Both the position numbers and the translations under genes were made by a program. A stretch of DNA of 53,319 nucleotides, from IMG/VR virus record IMGVR_UViG_3300030106_001611, positions 1 through 53,319 of that record; one strand, given 5' to 3'. The DNA comes from a virus (lineage: Duplodnaviria; Caudoviricetes). How positions within the stretch are numbered: position 1 is the stretch's first letter; every line of letters begins with the position of its first letter. This document shows, in pieces, positions 6,610 to 16,245 of the stretch. The notes under the pieces were generated by a model that saw only the letters and a list, made by a program, of their open reading frames with translations, was not told the origin of the DNA and did no database searches.

Positions 6610-8330
6610 TGGCTCCTCGCAAACGTGTCCTAGTCCCCCCGAACCCAGAGGACTTAGGTAAAGTCGGCAGACCGAAGAAGCGTCCCGGCGAATCTAAGAC
6701 AGAGTACAAGCTTTCGCCCCGCGAACGGGCAAGGCGTTCCGTACAGATGCGGTTGCAAAATGCCAAGAAGCAACAGAAGAAACAAGAGACACGAGTTGCT
6801 CGTAAACGAAAGAAGGTCAAAGACCTCACTGTTGCTGCCAGCAACATACAGAATGCTTTGAACGGTGAAAAGACCCGTGTTGTTGACCAAGCCGATTTAG
6901 ACATTCTACCCCCTGCTGTTACAGAACTGATAGATGATGCACCTATTATATTCAAACCCAATGAGGGTCCTCAAGAAGAGTTTTTGTCGGCACCTGAACA
7001 AGATGTATTATATGGGGGAGCGGCTGGTGGCGGCAAATCATTTGCTTTACTTGCAGACCCCTTACGCTATTGCCATAATGCCAACCATCGTGGCCTGCTT
7101 CTTCGGCGAACGTTAGACGAACTAACCGAACTTATTGACAAGTCAAAACAGCTTTACCCCAAAGCGTTTCCCGGTGCACACTTTCGTGAATCCAAATCTA
7201 CTTGGGTCTTTCCATCAGGTGCAACCATGTGGTTCACCTATCTCGACAGAGATAAAGATGTAACCCGTTTCCAAGGTCAGGCGTTTAACTGGATTGGGAT
7301 AGATGAAATAACACAGTACCCCAACAGCTACGTTTGGGACTACCTTCGTTCCCGTCTTCGTTCTACGGATGAGGAACTACAACAAAACCTAACCATGCGT
7401 TGTACAGCTAACCCCGGTGGTGTTGGCGGCTGGTGGGTAAAGAAGATGTACATAGATGCCAACGAACCAAACAAGGCATTTGGTGCAAAAGATTTAGAGA
7501 CGGGTCGTACCTTTGTATGGCCCGAAGGTCATCCGAAAGCAGGTCAACCTCTATTCTACCGCAAGTTCATTCCAGCGAGGTTGACTGATAACCCCTTCCT
7601 GATGGCAGACGGTCAATACGAGGCCATGCTTCGGTCGCTCCCAGAAGTCGAGCGTAGACGGCTTTTAGAAGGGGATTGGGATGTAGCGGAGGGAGCCGCC
7701 TTCCCAGAGTTTTCAAGGACACGCCATGTGGTCGAACATTTTGAGCTTCCCACGAACTGGCCCCGCATACGTGCCGCCGACTACGGCTACTCCAGCCCGT
7801 CGTGTGTTCTATGGGGTGCTATTGATTGGGATAATAATATTTGGGTTTATCGTGAATTATACGTAAAACACTTGACAGCAGAACAACTAGCTGATAAAAT
7901 ATTAGAATGTGAAGAACTAGACCCAACTCCTCATTACACGGTCTTAGATTCTTCCTGTTGGAACAAAACCGGATTCGGGCCATCTATAGCAGAGACTATG
8001 ATGCGCTGCGGTGTTAGGTGGATTCCCTCAGACCGCAACCGTCTTCAAGGAAAAATGGAACTTCACAGGCGGCTTGCTGATGACCCCTACTCTAACGAAC
8101 CACGGATGCGGATTTTTTCCACTTGTAAGCATGTTATTGCACAGCTATCAGGCATTCCACTCTCCAAAACAAACAGTGAAGATGTAGACACACGAGCAGA
8201 GGACCATGCCTACGATGCGTTGCGATACATGGTTATGACGCGAACCTCTGGTTACCACTCTATTCACAAGACCCTTCAAGGGATAAAAGACCAAACCTTT
8301 AAACCCTTCGATAATACCTTCGGATACTAA
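6609..8330 (+). CDS. terL: Terminase large subunit
   Basis: Walker A GGAAGGGKS, Walker B WIGIDE, coupling motif TANPGG, nuclease motifs ADYG and EDHAYDALRY. Confidence 0.95.
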   Translation: MAPRKRVLVPPNPEDLGKVGRPKKRPGESKTEYKLSPRERARRSVQMRLQNAKKQQKKQETRVARKRKKVKDLTVAASNIQNALNGEKTRVVDQADLDILPPAVTELIDDAPIIFKPNEGPQEEFLSAPEQDVLYGGAAGGGKSFALLADPLRYCHNANHRGLLLRRTLDELTELIDKSKQLYPKAFPGAHFRESKSTWVFPSGATMWFTYLDRDKDVTRFQGQAFNWIGIDEITQYPNSYVWDYLRSRLRSTDEELQQNLTMRCTANPGGVGGWWVKKMYIDANEPNKAFGAKDLETGRTFVWPEGHPKAGQPLFYRKFIPARLTDNPFLMADGQYEAMLRSLPEVERRRLLEGDWDVAEGAAFPEFSRTRHVVEHFELPTNWPRIRAADYGYSSPSCVLWGAIDWDNNIWVYRELYVKHLTAEQLADKILECEELDPTPHYTVLDSSCWNKTGFGPSIAETMMRCGVRWIPSDRNRLQGKMELHRRLADDPYSNEPRMRIFSTCKHVIAQLSGIPLSKTNSEDVDTRAEDHAYDALRYMVMTRTSGYHSIHKTLQGIKDQTFKPFDNTFGY

Positions 8331-8332
8331 AG

Positions 8333-10888
8333 ATGGCAGAATATAAAACAACCATAGTAAAAACAGATACGGGCACTCGTATTACTTCAGGTAATATGAC
8401 AGACGAAGAGGCCGCTCGTCTAGCTGCGGAAAGAGAACGCACTGAAGGTATGAATGTCCATGACAAAGCAGCCGCTGCACAAGATTCTTTAGACCAAGAA
8501 ATAGCAGCTAAAAATAGATTTATTGAAATACGAAATATGATTGCCGCAGGTGAACATAAAGATATGACGTTTGAAGAAAAAAAGGCGTTAGTAGAAGAAT
8601 ACAAGAAATTAAAAGCTGACTACAGTTTCAGTACGGGCGGCCCAGTTGATATAGGTAAAAATCTAACCACTGCTGAAAAAATGGTTAGAGACGCTACTTC
8701 AGTTTTCAGACAATATATGGAAATACCATTTATCCCTGAAGAAGAAGAATTTCTTTTTAAGGCTTTTGGTGGTAAGCCCGGTCAAGGAAGAGTAAAAACA
8801 CCTAAAAAACTAACTCCCGAACAGGCCATGGCATTTTTAGATTACTCTGGTTTTCCTCTGGCTGATGAAAATGCAAAATTTTCCATTGCGTCTTCTATTA
8901 AATTAGGGGCACCGGAACTGTTCGACGATGCCAGCTTTAAAGCTTACGAAAACAAATTCGGTAAAGTTATGGAGATGCAAGAAAAAGGTGCATCTGCATC
9001 CAAGAAGATAACCACAGCAAAAACCCCAGAGGCAGCAAACAAACCCGTGGCAGACGTAGATTATAACGCTAAAATACGAGATGGTAATATCACGGTTCGT
9101 GAAGCGTTCGAAGCTGTCTTAAATAAAAAACTTAAAGAAGATAACAAAAGAAATATTGAAGCCTTATTTAAACGACTTCCAGACGAAGGTATAGATTTAG
9201 ACGCTAACTATTTTGATGTGTACGATTCAAAAGAGTTTTACGAAGCTTTTGATTACACAACTAACAAAACAGGTGTCCACAGATATAAAGAATTTGGTGC
9301 TTTTGAAACGCAGTTTGAAGGTCTTATTCGTACCAGCAAACGTAACGAACCATACGCCCGTCTAACCGATTCTGGCGGCAAGCCCGGTATCGCTACAGAT
9401 AATGGACTTACTGGTAAGCAGCTTCGTGCAGCAGACCCTATGAGGGCAACTGTTTCGTCAGAAGCACTAGATAAAATATATCACGATGCACTTATTGCAC
9501 CGGGTGTTACAGAGACAGATACTAAACGCGGTATAGATAAGACAGTTATTATTGACCCTGAAGCACGAGACTACTTACTTTACGAAAAGTACACGGGACA
9601 GCGGGTTGAAAGTAACATAGGCCCTGACGGTTTAAAAATATCAGATTTCAACTTTTTCACAGACGAAAATGGACAGACTGTAGTTGAGGTAGCTTCTAAA
9701 AAGGTAGGAACCAAAACCCGTCCCGAAGCAACTTACACAGGAGAGTTTGCAGAGTTTCTTAGAAACAAGGTTGAACGTGCAAAAGCTACTCTTCCACCAG
9801 ACGCAGACCTTACAAAGGTCAATCTCTTCCAAACAAATTCTACTGCCGTTACTAAACTTTGGAATGACCGCATTCGTCCAGAGTTAGAAAAAAATCACAG
9901 GCAAGCACTCCCGGCACAAAAGGGGGGTTCTCACTCTTCTTTACGTAAAATTTTGGCCCGTCAACTTCAGGTTGAATTTAAATTTCCAAGAGATGCTGTC
10001 AAGGCGTGGATGGGTCATGCGGGTGCTGGGGTGGACGCAGCAGGAGACATCCTATCTGAAAGTTACGTTGGCACTGCTCCAGACGAACGTATTGGGGAAA
10101 TGACGAATACATTGATTCGTAACGATGCTCGTAACTCTGGTGCAAACAATGTAAACACGATGTTTGTAAATCGTGGTGCCGGATTCTCCCAAGAGATAAT
10201 ATTTGAAACTCCTAGTAACAAGGTTATGGGCACCGTAGACCTGCTGCAGTCCAACGTTGCCAGTCGCCCACCTACTGCTGGAGAACTAGAAGAATTGTCT
10301 GCAGCAGCATCTTCTCGCGCTGTAGAAACAGAGATTGTCACAGAAGGTCGTAGAAAATATCTCTCCAGAATACAGAGTGAAAGAGCGACTGCAAAAACTG
10401 TACCTACTGACGCTCCTCTTGAACCGGGGGAGGGCTTATCGTCATCTTTAGATGAAGCTTTACGAAGTGTAGGGTTTGATAATCCATCACAGACTATAGA
10501 TGATTTGTTTGAATCAATCAAGTCTGGAGTTGACAAAACACTTAAAGTAGGGGGGACTGCTTTAATTGGAGCAGGTCTTTATGAAGCTGTTCGCGACCCC
10601 ACAGGGGCTGGCGCAGCAATGGCGCGGGACTTGGCTATAGAAGGAGTAGGATTGGCTGCAAAGATAGGTACAGCCCCTGCAGCAGCCTTGCCGATGGTAC
10701 TGGAAGCTTCGCCAGCAGGAGAAGGGTCTACACGTGAAGAATTTGATTATCAAGATTATCAGTCAGTCGAAGAAACAGACGAAGACCGTATGGCACGTAT
10801 CGCCACAGAAGATGCGGGATTTATTCCCGAAGCTAGTAGGGTTCCTGAAGCCGCCCCTGCTACCGACCAAGGCTTCCTTTCTCGTTAA
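8333..10888 (+). CDS. 851-aa protein with a central tyrosine-recombinase-like domain
   Basis: YTGQR, LKISDF, GTKTR, HSSLRK, WMGH, SESY in canonical order. Confidence 0.65.
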   Translation: MAEYKTTIVKTDTGTRITSGNMTDEEAARLAAERERTEGMNVHDKAAAAQDSLDQEIAAKNRFIEIRNMIAAGEHKDMTFEEKKALVEEYKKLKADYSFSTGGPVDIGKNLTTAEKMVRDATSVFRQYMEIPFIPEEEEFLFKAFGGKPGQGRVKTPKKLTPEQAMAFLDYSGFPLADENAKFSIASSIKLGAPELFDDASFKAYENKFGKVMEMQEKGASASKKITTAKTPEAANKPVADVDYNAKIRDGNITVREAFEAVLNKKLKEDNKRNIEALFKRLPDEGIDLDANYFDVYDSKEFYEAFDYTTNKTGVHRYKEFGAFETQFEGLIRTSKRNEPYARLTDSGGKPGIATDNGLTGKQLRAADPMRATVSSEALDKIYHDALIAPGVTETDTKRGIDKTVIIDPEARDYLLYEKYTGQRVESNIGPDGLKISDFNFFTDENGQTVVEVASKKVGTKTRPEATYTGEFAEFLRNKVERAKATLPPDADLTKVNLFQTNSTAVTKLWNDRIRPELEKNHRQALPAQKGGSHSSLRKILARQLQVEFKFPRDAVKAWMGHAGAGVDAAGDILSESYVGTAPDERIGEMTNTLIRNDARNSGANNVNTMFVNRGAGFSQEIIFETPSNKVMGTVDLLQSNVASRPPTAGELEELSAAASSRAVETEIVTEGRRKYLSRIQSERATAKTVPTDAPLEPGEGLSSSLDEALRSVGFDNPSQTIDDLFESIKSGVDKTLKVGGTALIGAGLYEAVRDPTGAGAAMARDLAIEGVGLAAKIGTAPAAALPMVLEASPAGEGSTREEFDYQDYQSVEETDEDRMARIATEDAGFIPEASRVPEAAPATDQGFLSR

Positions 10889-10902
10889 TTAAGGAGACGA
10901 AT

Positions 10903-11115
10903 ATGCGTAACGAAACTATGGGTATGGGTGCTATTCTTAATAGCGACAAAACACCCGTTACTGACCAAGGCGGTGCAGCAAAGCTGTATCGTGAAGGTCT
11001 GGAGTTCGACACTCGCGTTAAGACTGGGCCTATTACAGAAGATATGCCAAAGAAACAGTCTAAGCCAACTGTCGAAGCTTCGTTGTTTAAGATGGCTGAC
11101 GAACGCGATTACTAA
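10903..11115 (+). CDS. Small hypothetical protein
   Basis: TAAGGAG RBS; precedes the portal. Confidence 0.7.
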   Translation: MRNETMGMGAILNSDKTPVTDQGGAAKLYREGLEFDTRVKTGPITEDMPKKQSKPTVEASLFKMADERDY

Positions 11116-11121
11116 AATCAT

Positions 11122-13242
11122 ATGTCAGAAGATAACTTTTTACAACCGGAAGACGACACGGTACTTCCTGTTCGCACCCCAGAAGAACAGATGCCGGGGC
11201 TTGCAGGGTATGTGACTTCTAAATTTAGAGATGCTGAAACAGGACGGTTCGCTCACGAACAACGATGGCTTCAGGCATACAAAAACTTTAGGGGCATATA
11301 TGACTCTACTACTCAATACAGGGATTCCGAACGGTCACAGGTGTTTGTTCGAATCACCAAGACTAAGGTTCTTGCAGCGTTTGGTCAAATTATTGACATA
11401 CTGTTCGCAAACAAGAAGTTTCCCCTCGTAGTAGAAGCCACTCCTGTACCTGAAGGTATAGCTGAATTTGCACATATGGAAACGCCTCTCGACCAGATGG
11501 AAGACCCTTTCGGGTTTAAAGGTGACGGAAGAGAGTTGTTACCGGGTGCTTTACGTGCAGAATCTAAAGGCGACTTCTTAGGTGGTTTGAAGAATGAAAT
11601 GGGCGGTCTGCCGCTGGCAGAGGGTCCTGCTCGTATGGGTGAACCGCAGATAAAGCCAGCCCAAAAAGCTGCTTTACGTATGGAAAAAGTTATTCACGAC
11701 CAACTTACTGACACAAACGCAGTTAATGTTATGCGTAATTCTGTGTTTGAATCTGCCCTTTTAGGGACTGGTATCGTAAAAGGACCATTCAACTTCTATA
11801 AACGTGTTCACAAATGGGAGCGTGATGAAGATGGTCAAAGGGTTTACAACCCAGAAGAAAAAATAGTGCCGCGCATTGAGATGGTATCTATATGGGACTT
11901 TCATCCCGACCCTTCTGCTACTAACATAAACGACTGTGAATACGTCATAGAACGTCACCGTATGAACAGGCAGCAATTACGTGCCTTAATCAAACGTCCA
12001 CATTTTATATCAGAAGCAATCGAAGAGTGTCTAGCCAAAGGTCCCAACTACGAAGACAAGTATTATGAAGATACTATTCGTGAAGATGAAACAGAACCAT
12101 TCTATCAAGGCAACCGTTATGAGGTTCTGGAGTATTGGGGTGTTTTAGACGCTAAACTAGCCGACGAAGTTGGTTTATTAGAAGCCGAAAACATGTCGGA
12201 GTTTGACGAACTACAAGTCAATGTATGGGTTTGCGGCAACATGGTTATCCGATGTGTGCTAAATCCGTTTACTCCGGCTCGTATCCCTTATCAAGTATTC
12301 CCCTACGAAGTCAACCCGTATCAGTTGTGGGGTGTTGGCGTAGCGGAAAACATGGAAGATGCACAGAAGCTGATGAACGGTCACGTTCGTATGGCAATCG
12401 ACAATCTTGCTTTAGCTGGTAACTTAGTCTTTGACGTTGATGAGGCTAGCTTAGTTCCGGGTCAGAACATGGACATCTTCCCCGGCAAGATATTCCGTCG
12501 TCAATCTGGTGTTACTGGGACAGCTATCAACGGCTTAAAGTTTCCAAACACAGCAGGTGAAAACTTGCAGATGTATCAGATTAGCCGTCAACTTGCAGAT
12601 GAAGAGACAGGCATACCTTCCATTGTTCATGGGCAAACAGGTGTTAGCGGGACGGGACGAACTGCTGCTGGTTTGTCGATGCTCATGGGTTCTGCTGGCT
12701 TGTCGATGAAAACAGTTGTCAAGAACATTGACGACATGTTGTTGAAGCCTTTGGGAGAGGCATACTTCCAGTGGAATATGCAGTTTAACGACGAAGCAGA
12801 GGACATCCAAGGGGACTTGGAAATCAAACCTCGCGGTGTTGCAGCCGTTATGCAAAAAGAAGTGCGGACACAGCGTCTGACTTCACTCTTACAGACTGTA
12901 GCCAACCCAATGCTTGCGCCATTCATCAAGATACCTAACCTGATGCGTGAACTGGCTATATCGCAAGACATAGACCCTGACAGCCTAGTAAATGATGCGA
13001 ACGAAGCTCAACTATATGCACAGATGCTAAAAGGAATGATGGCTAATGTACAGCAAGGAACAGGCGACGCTGGTGGGGCCGCTGCTGGCCCAGCCCAAGA
13101 TATGGCAGGGGTTGGAGGAGTACCTCCTAGTCCTGAAGGAACAGACGTACAGGGGTCTGGTAACGGCACAATCGGAGTCGGAACTGCGCCAACTGCAGGG
13201 GAAAGCGGCTTTACTGGAAACGCTCCTCAAACTGAAGGATAA
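11122..13242 (+). CDS. Portal protein
   Basis: 706 aa; SALLGTGIVK, WDFHPDPSA, WGVGVAE, ADEETGIP; position. Confidence 0.9.
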   Translation: MSEDNFLQPEDDTVLPVRTPEEQMPGLAGYVTSKFRDAETGRFAHEQRWLQAYKNFRGIYDSTTQYRDSERSQVFVRITKTKVLAAFGQIIDILFANKKFPLVVEATPVPEGIAEFAHMETPLDQMEDPFGFKGDGRELLPGALRAESKGDFLGGLKNEMGGLPLAEGPARMGEPQIKPAQKAALRMEKVIHDQLTDTNAVNVMRNSVFESALLGTGIVKGPFNFYKRVHKWERDEDGQRVYNPEEKIVPRIEMVSIWDFHPDPSATNINDCEYVIERHRMNRQQLRALIKRPHFISEAIEECLAKGPNYEDKYYEDTIREDETEPFYQGNRYEVLEYWGVLDAKLADEVGLLEAENMSEFDELQVNVWVCGNMVIRCVLNPFTPARIPYQVFPYEVNPYQLWGVGVAENMEDAQKLMNGHVRMAIDNLALAGNLVFDVDEASLVPGQNMDIFPGKIFRRQSGVTGTAINGLKFPNTAGENLQMYQISRQLADEETGIPSIVHGQTGVSGTGRTAAGLSMLMGSAGLSMKTVVKNIDDMLLKPLGEAYFQWNMQFNDEAEDIQGDLEIKPRGVAAVMQKEVRTQRLTSLLQTVANPMLAPFIKIPNLMRELAISQDIDPDSLVNDANEAQLYAQMLKGMMANVQQGTGDAGGAAAGPAQDMAGVGGVPPSPEGTDVQGSGNGTIGVGTAPTAGESGFTGNAPQTEG

Positions 13243-13276
13243 TCACGAAGCTGTGATAAAGGAATCTAATGGCTGA
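13046..13276 (+). CDS. Small helical protein overlapping the portal 3' end
   Basis: AAAGGA RBS; ELRQLQGKAALLETLL resembles post-portal proteins of podoviruses. Confidence 0.65.
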   Translation: MYSKEQATLVGPLLAQPKIWQGLEEYLLVLKEQTYRGLVTAQSESELRQLQGKAALLETLLKLKDNHEAVIKESNG

Positions 13277-15227
13277 CCGCGTATTACTTCAACTATTTGA
13301 ACAACCTGATGACTTTATAGGTGTTTCTCAAACGGCTCTGGACCGTGCAGAGTATTCCAGTAGGAATGTCAACTTCTTTAATTCGTTTTTTGGTTTAGGA
13401 GGTCTGGGAGAAACGGGTGTAGGCGTAGATAGAAAAGAGTATAAAGCTGCAACGGGTCCTGACATTACGACAGTTGGGATTCAAGATGACAAAGACGTAG
13501 ATGGGGTAGACTTAACTGAAGGAAGTTTCGAATCGGCTTTTCCCGGACAAACTATGGACGACATATCCTATGATTACTCCGGCGGCACTACTACATATAA
13601 CAGTTACTCCGATGCTCTAAAAGGAATAAATGTAGCAACAGACCGTGTTCCTATGGTGGAAAATCTGTTTGAACCCATGCTAACAAAAGATAGATTTGGT
13701 GCTCGTAATTTTAAGGATGTAGATATTGGTGCTGCTTTGTTCGGAGAATACGAACGGGCTGAAACCTTTGTAGAAGAAGCCCCCGGTAAAATTGGCGACA
13801 TATTTAAAAAGGGCCTTACAGACCCCCAGAAAAGGTCAGCAATAAGTGCTGCTGCACAGAATCTTACTAAAGGTGCCCCGATGATGGGTTTAATGATGGG
13901 GGCTGCTATTGACGGAAAAACCGTACAGAACGCATTTGGTAATGCTAGCTGGCGACCTAATGGTATTCTTGGGGTAGCAGCAGACTTAAATCACACAGTC
14001 CAGTTTAATGATATGGCTAACATTAGAGCGGCTCATGCTTCTAATGCGGCGCTTCAAAAATCTTTTGACACAGGCACTCTTTCTGATGAATTAACGACTG
14101 GCAGGATGATGGGTTTACAATCTTTTGCTCCCACCGGATTTGCTATGGAATTTAATACCGGATTTGGAGTTACTCGTAGTCCCGGTTCAGTGCACTACAA
14201 CGGTAACACTATGGGTATGTCCCGTAGCCAGCTTGAAGCATTTGACGCTCTTTCAAAGGGCATGGTTCCAAAAGGATATGACCCAGTATCAGAAAAAGGA
14301 ACCACAATTAACCAAGCAGGATGGTTAGCTACAGGAAATACAGGTCAAGATGGCAAGCCGGGTAAAGGTACAGGGTTCTACACCGACAAAGGAATGTTTT
14401 ATAGCCCTACCACAAATACCTATTCAAGATATGGTCTGGCGGAAAGCATCACTGCCGCAGCAGCTAAAGCAGGCATTACTGTTGATGAATATAGAAGTGC
14501 ACTAACGGATGCTCGTAAGGGAAAAGGTAAGCTGTCTAATCTTGTTAATGATATAAGGCAGACTAACCTTAACGCTGCAGAAGCTGCTAGAAAAGATGAA
14601 GCCGCAAAAGCAGCGGCGTATGCAGCAGAAATTGCAAAAATGGAAGCAGCGATTGCAGCAGGCGGTGGAAAAGACACCAGTCCCGGTGATGATGACTTTG
14701 ACACTAGAACAGGTGCAGAAGCTGTTGCTGCTGGAGGCGGTCCTGATAGAACAAGTGGTGGTATAGATTCACCTTACAGAAAGGGAGGGCGTGTTGGCTA
14801 CGCACTGGGAACTCCCCCACCGGGTGTTCAGGCACAGCAGAGCGGTTTTATTGATGCCCCACCCTCCCAAGTCTCCGAAGCTGGCAAAGTTGCTGATGAC
14901 CGCCCCTTGGATGTACCAGAAGGTACTTACATACTTAATGCGGCTGCTGTCGAGTTCGCAGGGGAGACAGACATTCGTAATATGATACTGGAGGCTCAGA
15001 AAGAAGCGGTTCGCAGAGGTATAGCACAGGGAGACGTTGCCCGTAGTTCTGAAATGGTGGACATAGCTGTATCCCGTGGTGAAGTAAAAATTGCTCCTTA
15101 TTTAGTGCCTATTATTGGCGAAGACCGCCTAGAGAAGATTAATAAAAGAGGATTACGTAAAACCGAACAGCGAATTGCAGCGACGCAACAGGAACCTGTA
15201 GCTGCACGACGCGGCGGTTTTATATAG
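13269..15227 (+). CDS. Putative virion/internal protein (652 aa)
   Basis: G/A-rich; C-terminal duplicated DxxPxxxxEGxYILNAAAV-type motif resembling tape-measure-like proteins. Confidence 0.6.
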   Translation: MADRVLLQLFEQPDDFIGVSQTALDRAEYSSRNVNFFNSFFGLGGLGETGVGVDRKEYKAATGPDITTVGIQDDKDVDGVDLTEGSFESAFPGQTMDDISYDYSGGTTTYNSYSDALKGINVATDRVPMVENLFEPMLTKDRFGARNFKDVDIGAALFGEYERAETFVEEAPGKIGDIFKKGLTDPQKRSAISAAAQNLTKGAPMMGLMMGAAIDGKTVQNAFGNASWRPNGILGVAADLNHTVQFNDMANIRAAHASNAALQKSFDTGTLSDELTTGRMMGLQSFAPTGFAMEFNTGFGVTRSPGSVHYNGNTMGMSRSQLEAFDALSKGMVPKGYDPVSEKGTTINQAGWLATGNTGQDGKPGKGTGFYTDKGMFYSPTTNTYSRYGLAESITAAAAKAGITVDEYRSALTDARKGKGKLSNLVNDIRQTNLNAAEAARKDEAAKAAAYAAEIAKMEAAIAAGGGKDTSPGDDDFDTRTGAEAVAAGGGPDRTSGGIDSPYRKGGRVGYALGTPPPGVQAQQSGFIDAPPSQVSEAGKVADDRPLDVPEGTYILNAAAVEFAGETDIRNMILEAQKEAVRRGIAQGDVARSSEMVDIAVSRGEVKIAPYLVPIIGEDRLEKINKRGLRKTEQRIAATQQEPVAARRGGFI

Positions 15228-15231
15228 AATC

Positions 15232-15298
15232 GCTGGCTACCCACGAACCCGTGGCCCCAGCACAACCGACGCGGCTACCCACAGCCATGTGGCACCGC
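15232..15298 (+). promoter_or_regulatory. Tandem structured RNA leader of the scaffold gene
   Basis: Two hairpins sharing GG-CUAC-CCAC...GUGG-C(C/A)-CC. Confidence 0.65.
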
Positions 15299-15315
15299 AA
15301 GTGAGGTAAATACCA

Positions 15316-16218
15316 ATGGCAAAAGCAAGAGGCCACCGTGCCAACAAAGTAAATGACTCTTTCGGAACAATCAATAATCACGCTCTCTACAAGGGAAAAT
15401 ACAGAGACGAAGTTTACAAAGATGAGGATGAAGAGTCAAACGTGGAAGCCCAAGACGCTGACCCCGTAGAAGAAACGGCTACTCAGCAAGAAGAACAGGG
15501 AAGTAGTTTCGTAGAGGCCAAGAAGGAATCTAACGAAGACCACGACTATAAGAAACGGTATGACGACTTGAAACGTCATTACGATTCTAAGGTAGACGAG
15601 TTCAAATCTGAAATCGAAAGCCTACGTAAAACAATGACAGACCGTGCAGTGGAGATGCCGCGAGGCGTAACCCCGCCACGAACACAAGAGGAACTAGATG
15701 AGTTCAAAGAACGTTATCCAGATGTCTTCGAAGTTGTTCAGACGGTTTCAAGTATGCAGACTGAATCTCAGGTTGCAAAACTACGTGAAGAACTTGGTAC
15801 TATTCAAGAACGGGAAAAGGAACTAGAAAAGCAGAAAGCATACGAACAACTGCTTCGCGCCCACCCTGACTTCTCTGAATTAAAGACCGATGAAAAGTTC
15901 CTATCATGGCTAGAAGAACAACCATCGTCCATTGCGGATGGTATTTATAAAAACAATACCGATGCAAAATGGGCGGCACGGGTCATAGACCTCTACAAAG
16001 CCGACACAGGCTTAACCAAAAAGAAGAAAACCAAAGACTCTTCAGCAGCAGATGCAGTTACTAAAAGTCCTGCAAGGGATGTAAAAACAGACGCTACTGA
16101 TGGAAAAAGGATTTGGAAATCTTCTGAAATTGCCCGGCTCAAGCCGTGGGAGTTCGAAAAGCTAGAAGCTGAACTCGACCAAGCACGGACTGAAGGGCGA
16201 ATCGACTTACAATCCTAA
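15316..16218 (+). CDS. Capsid scaffolding protein
   Basis: Acidic coiled coil, YKKRYDDLKRHYD; directly upstream of the capsid gene. Confidence 0.8.
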   Translation: MAKARGHRANKVNDSFGTINNHALYKGKYRDEVYKDEDEESNVEAQDADPVEETATQQEEQGSSFVEAKKESNEDHDYKKRYDDLKRHYDSKVDEFKSEIESLRKTMTDRAVEMPRGVTPPRTQEELDEFKERYPDVFEVVQTVSSMQTESQVAKLREELGTIQEREKELEKQKAYEQLLRAHPDFSELKTDEKFLSWLEEQPSSIADGIYKNNTDAKWAARVIDLYKADTGLTKKKKTKDSSAADAVTKSPARDVKTDATDGKRIWKSSEIARLKPWEFEKLEAELDQARTEGRIDLQS

Positions 16219-16245
16219 AACCTCAAACAGAGAAGGAATCGAACA

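Noticed and set aside
8333-10888. Ordinary lysogeny integrase with attP
   Set aside because: About twice the usual size, in the late operon, with no adjacent non-coding att region or repressor; kept as an atypical recombinase finding instead.
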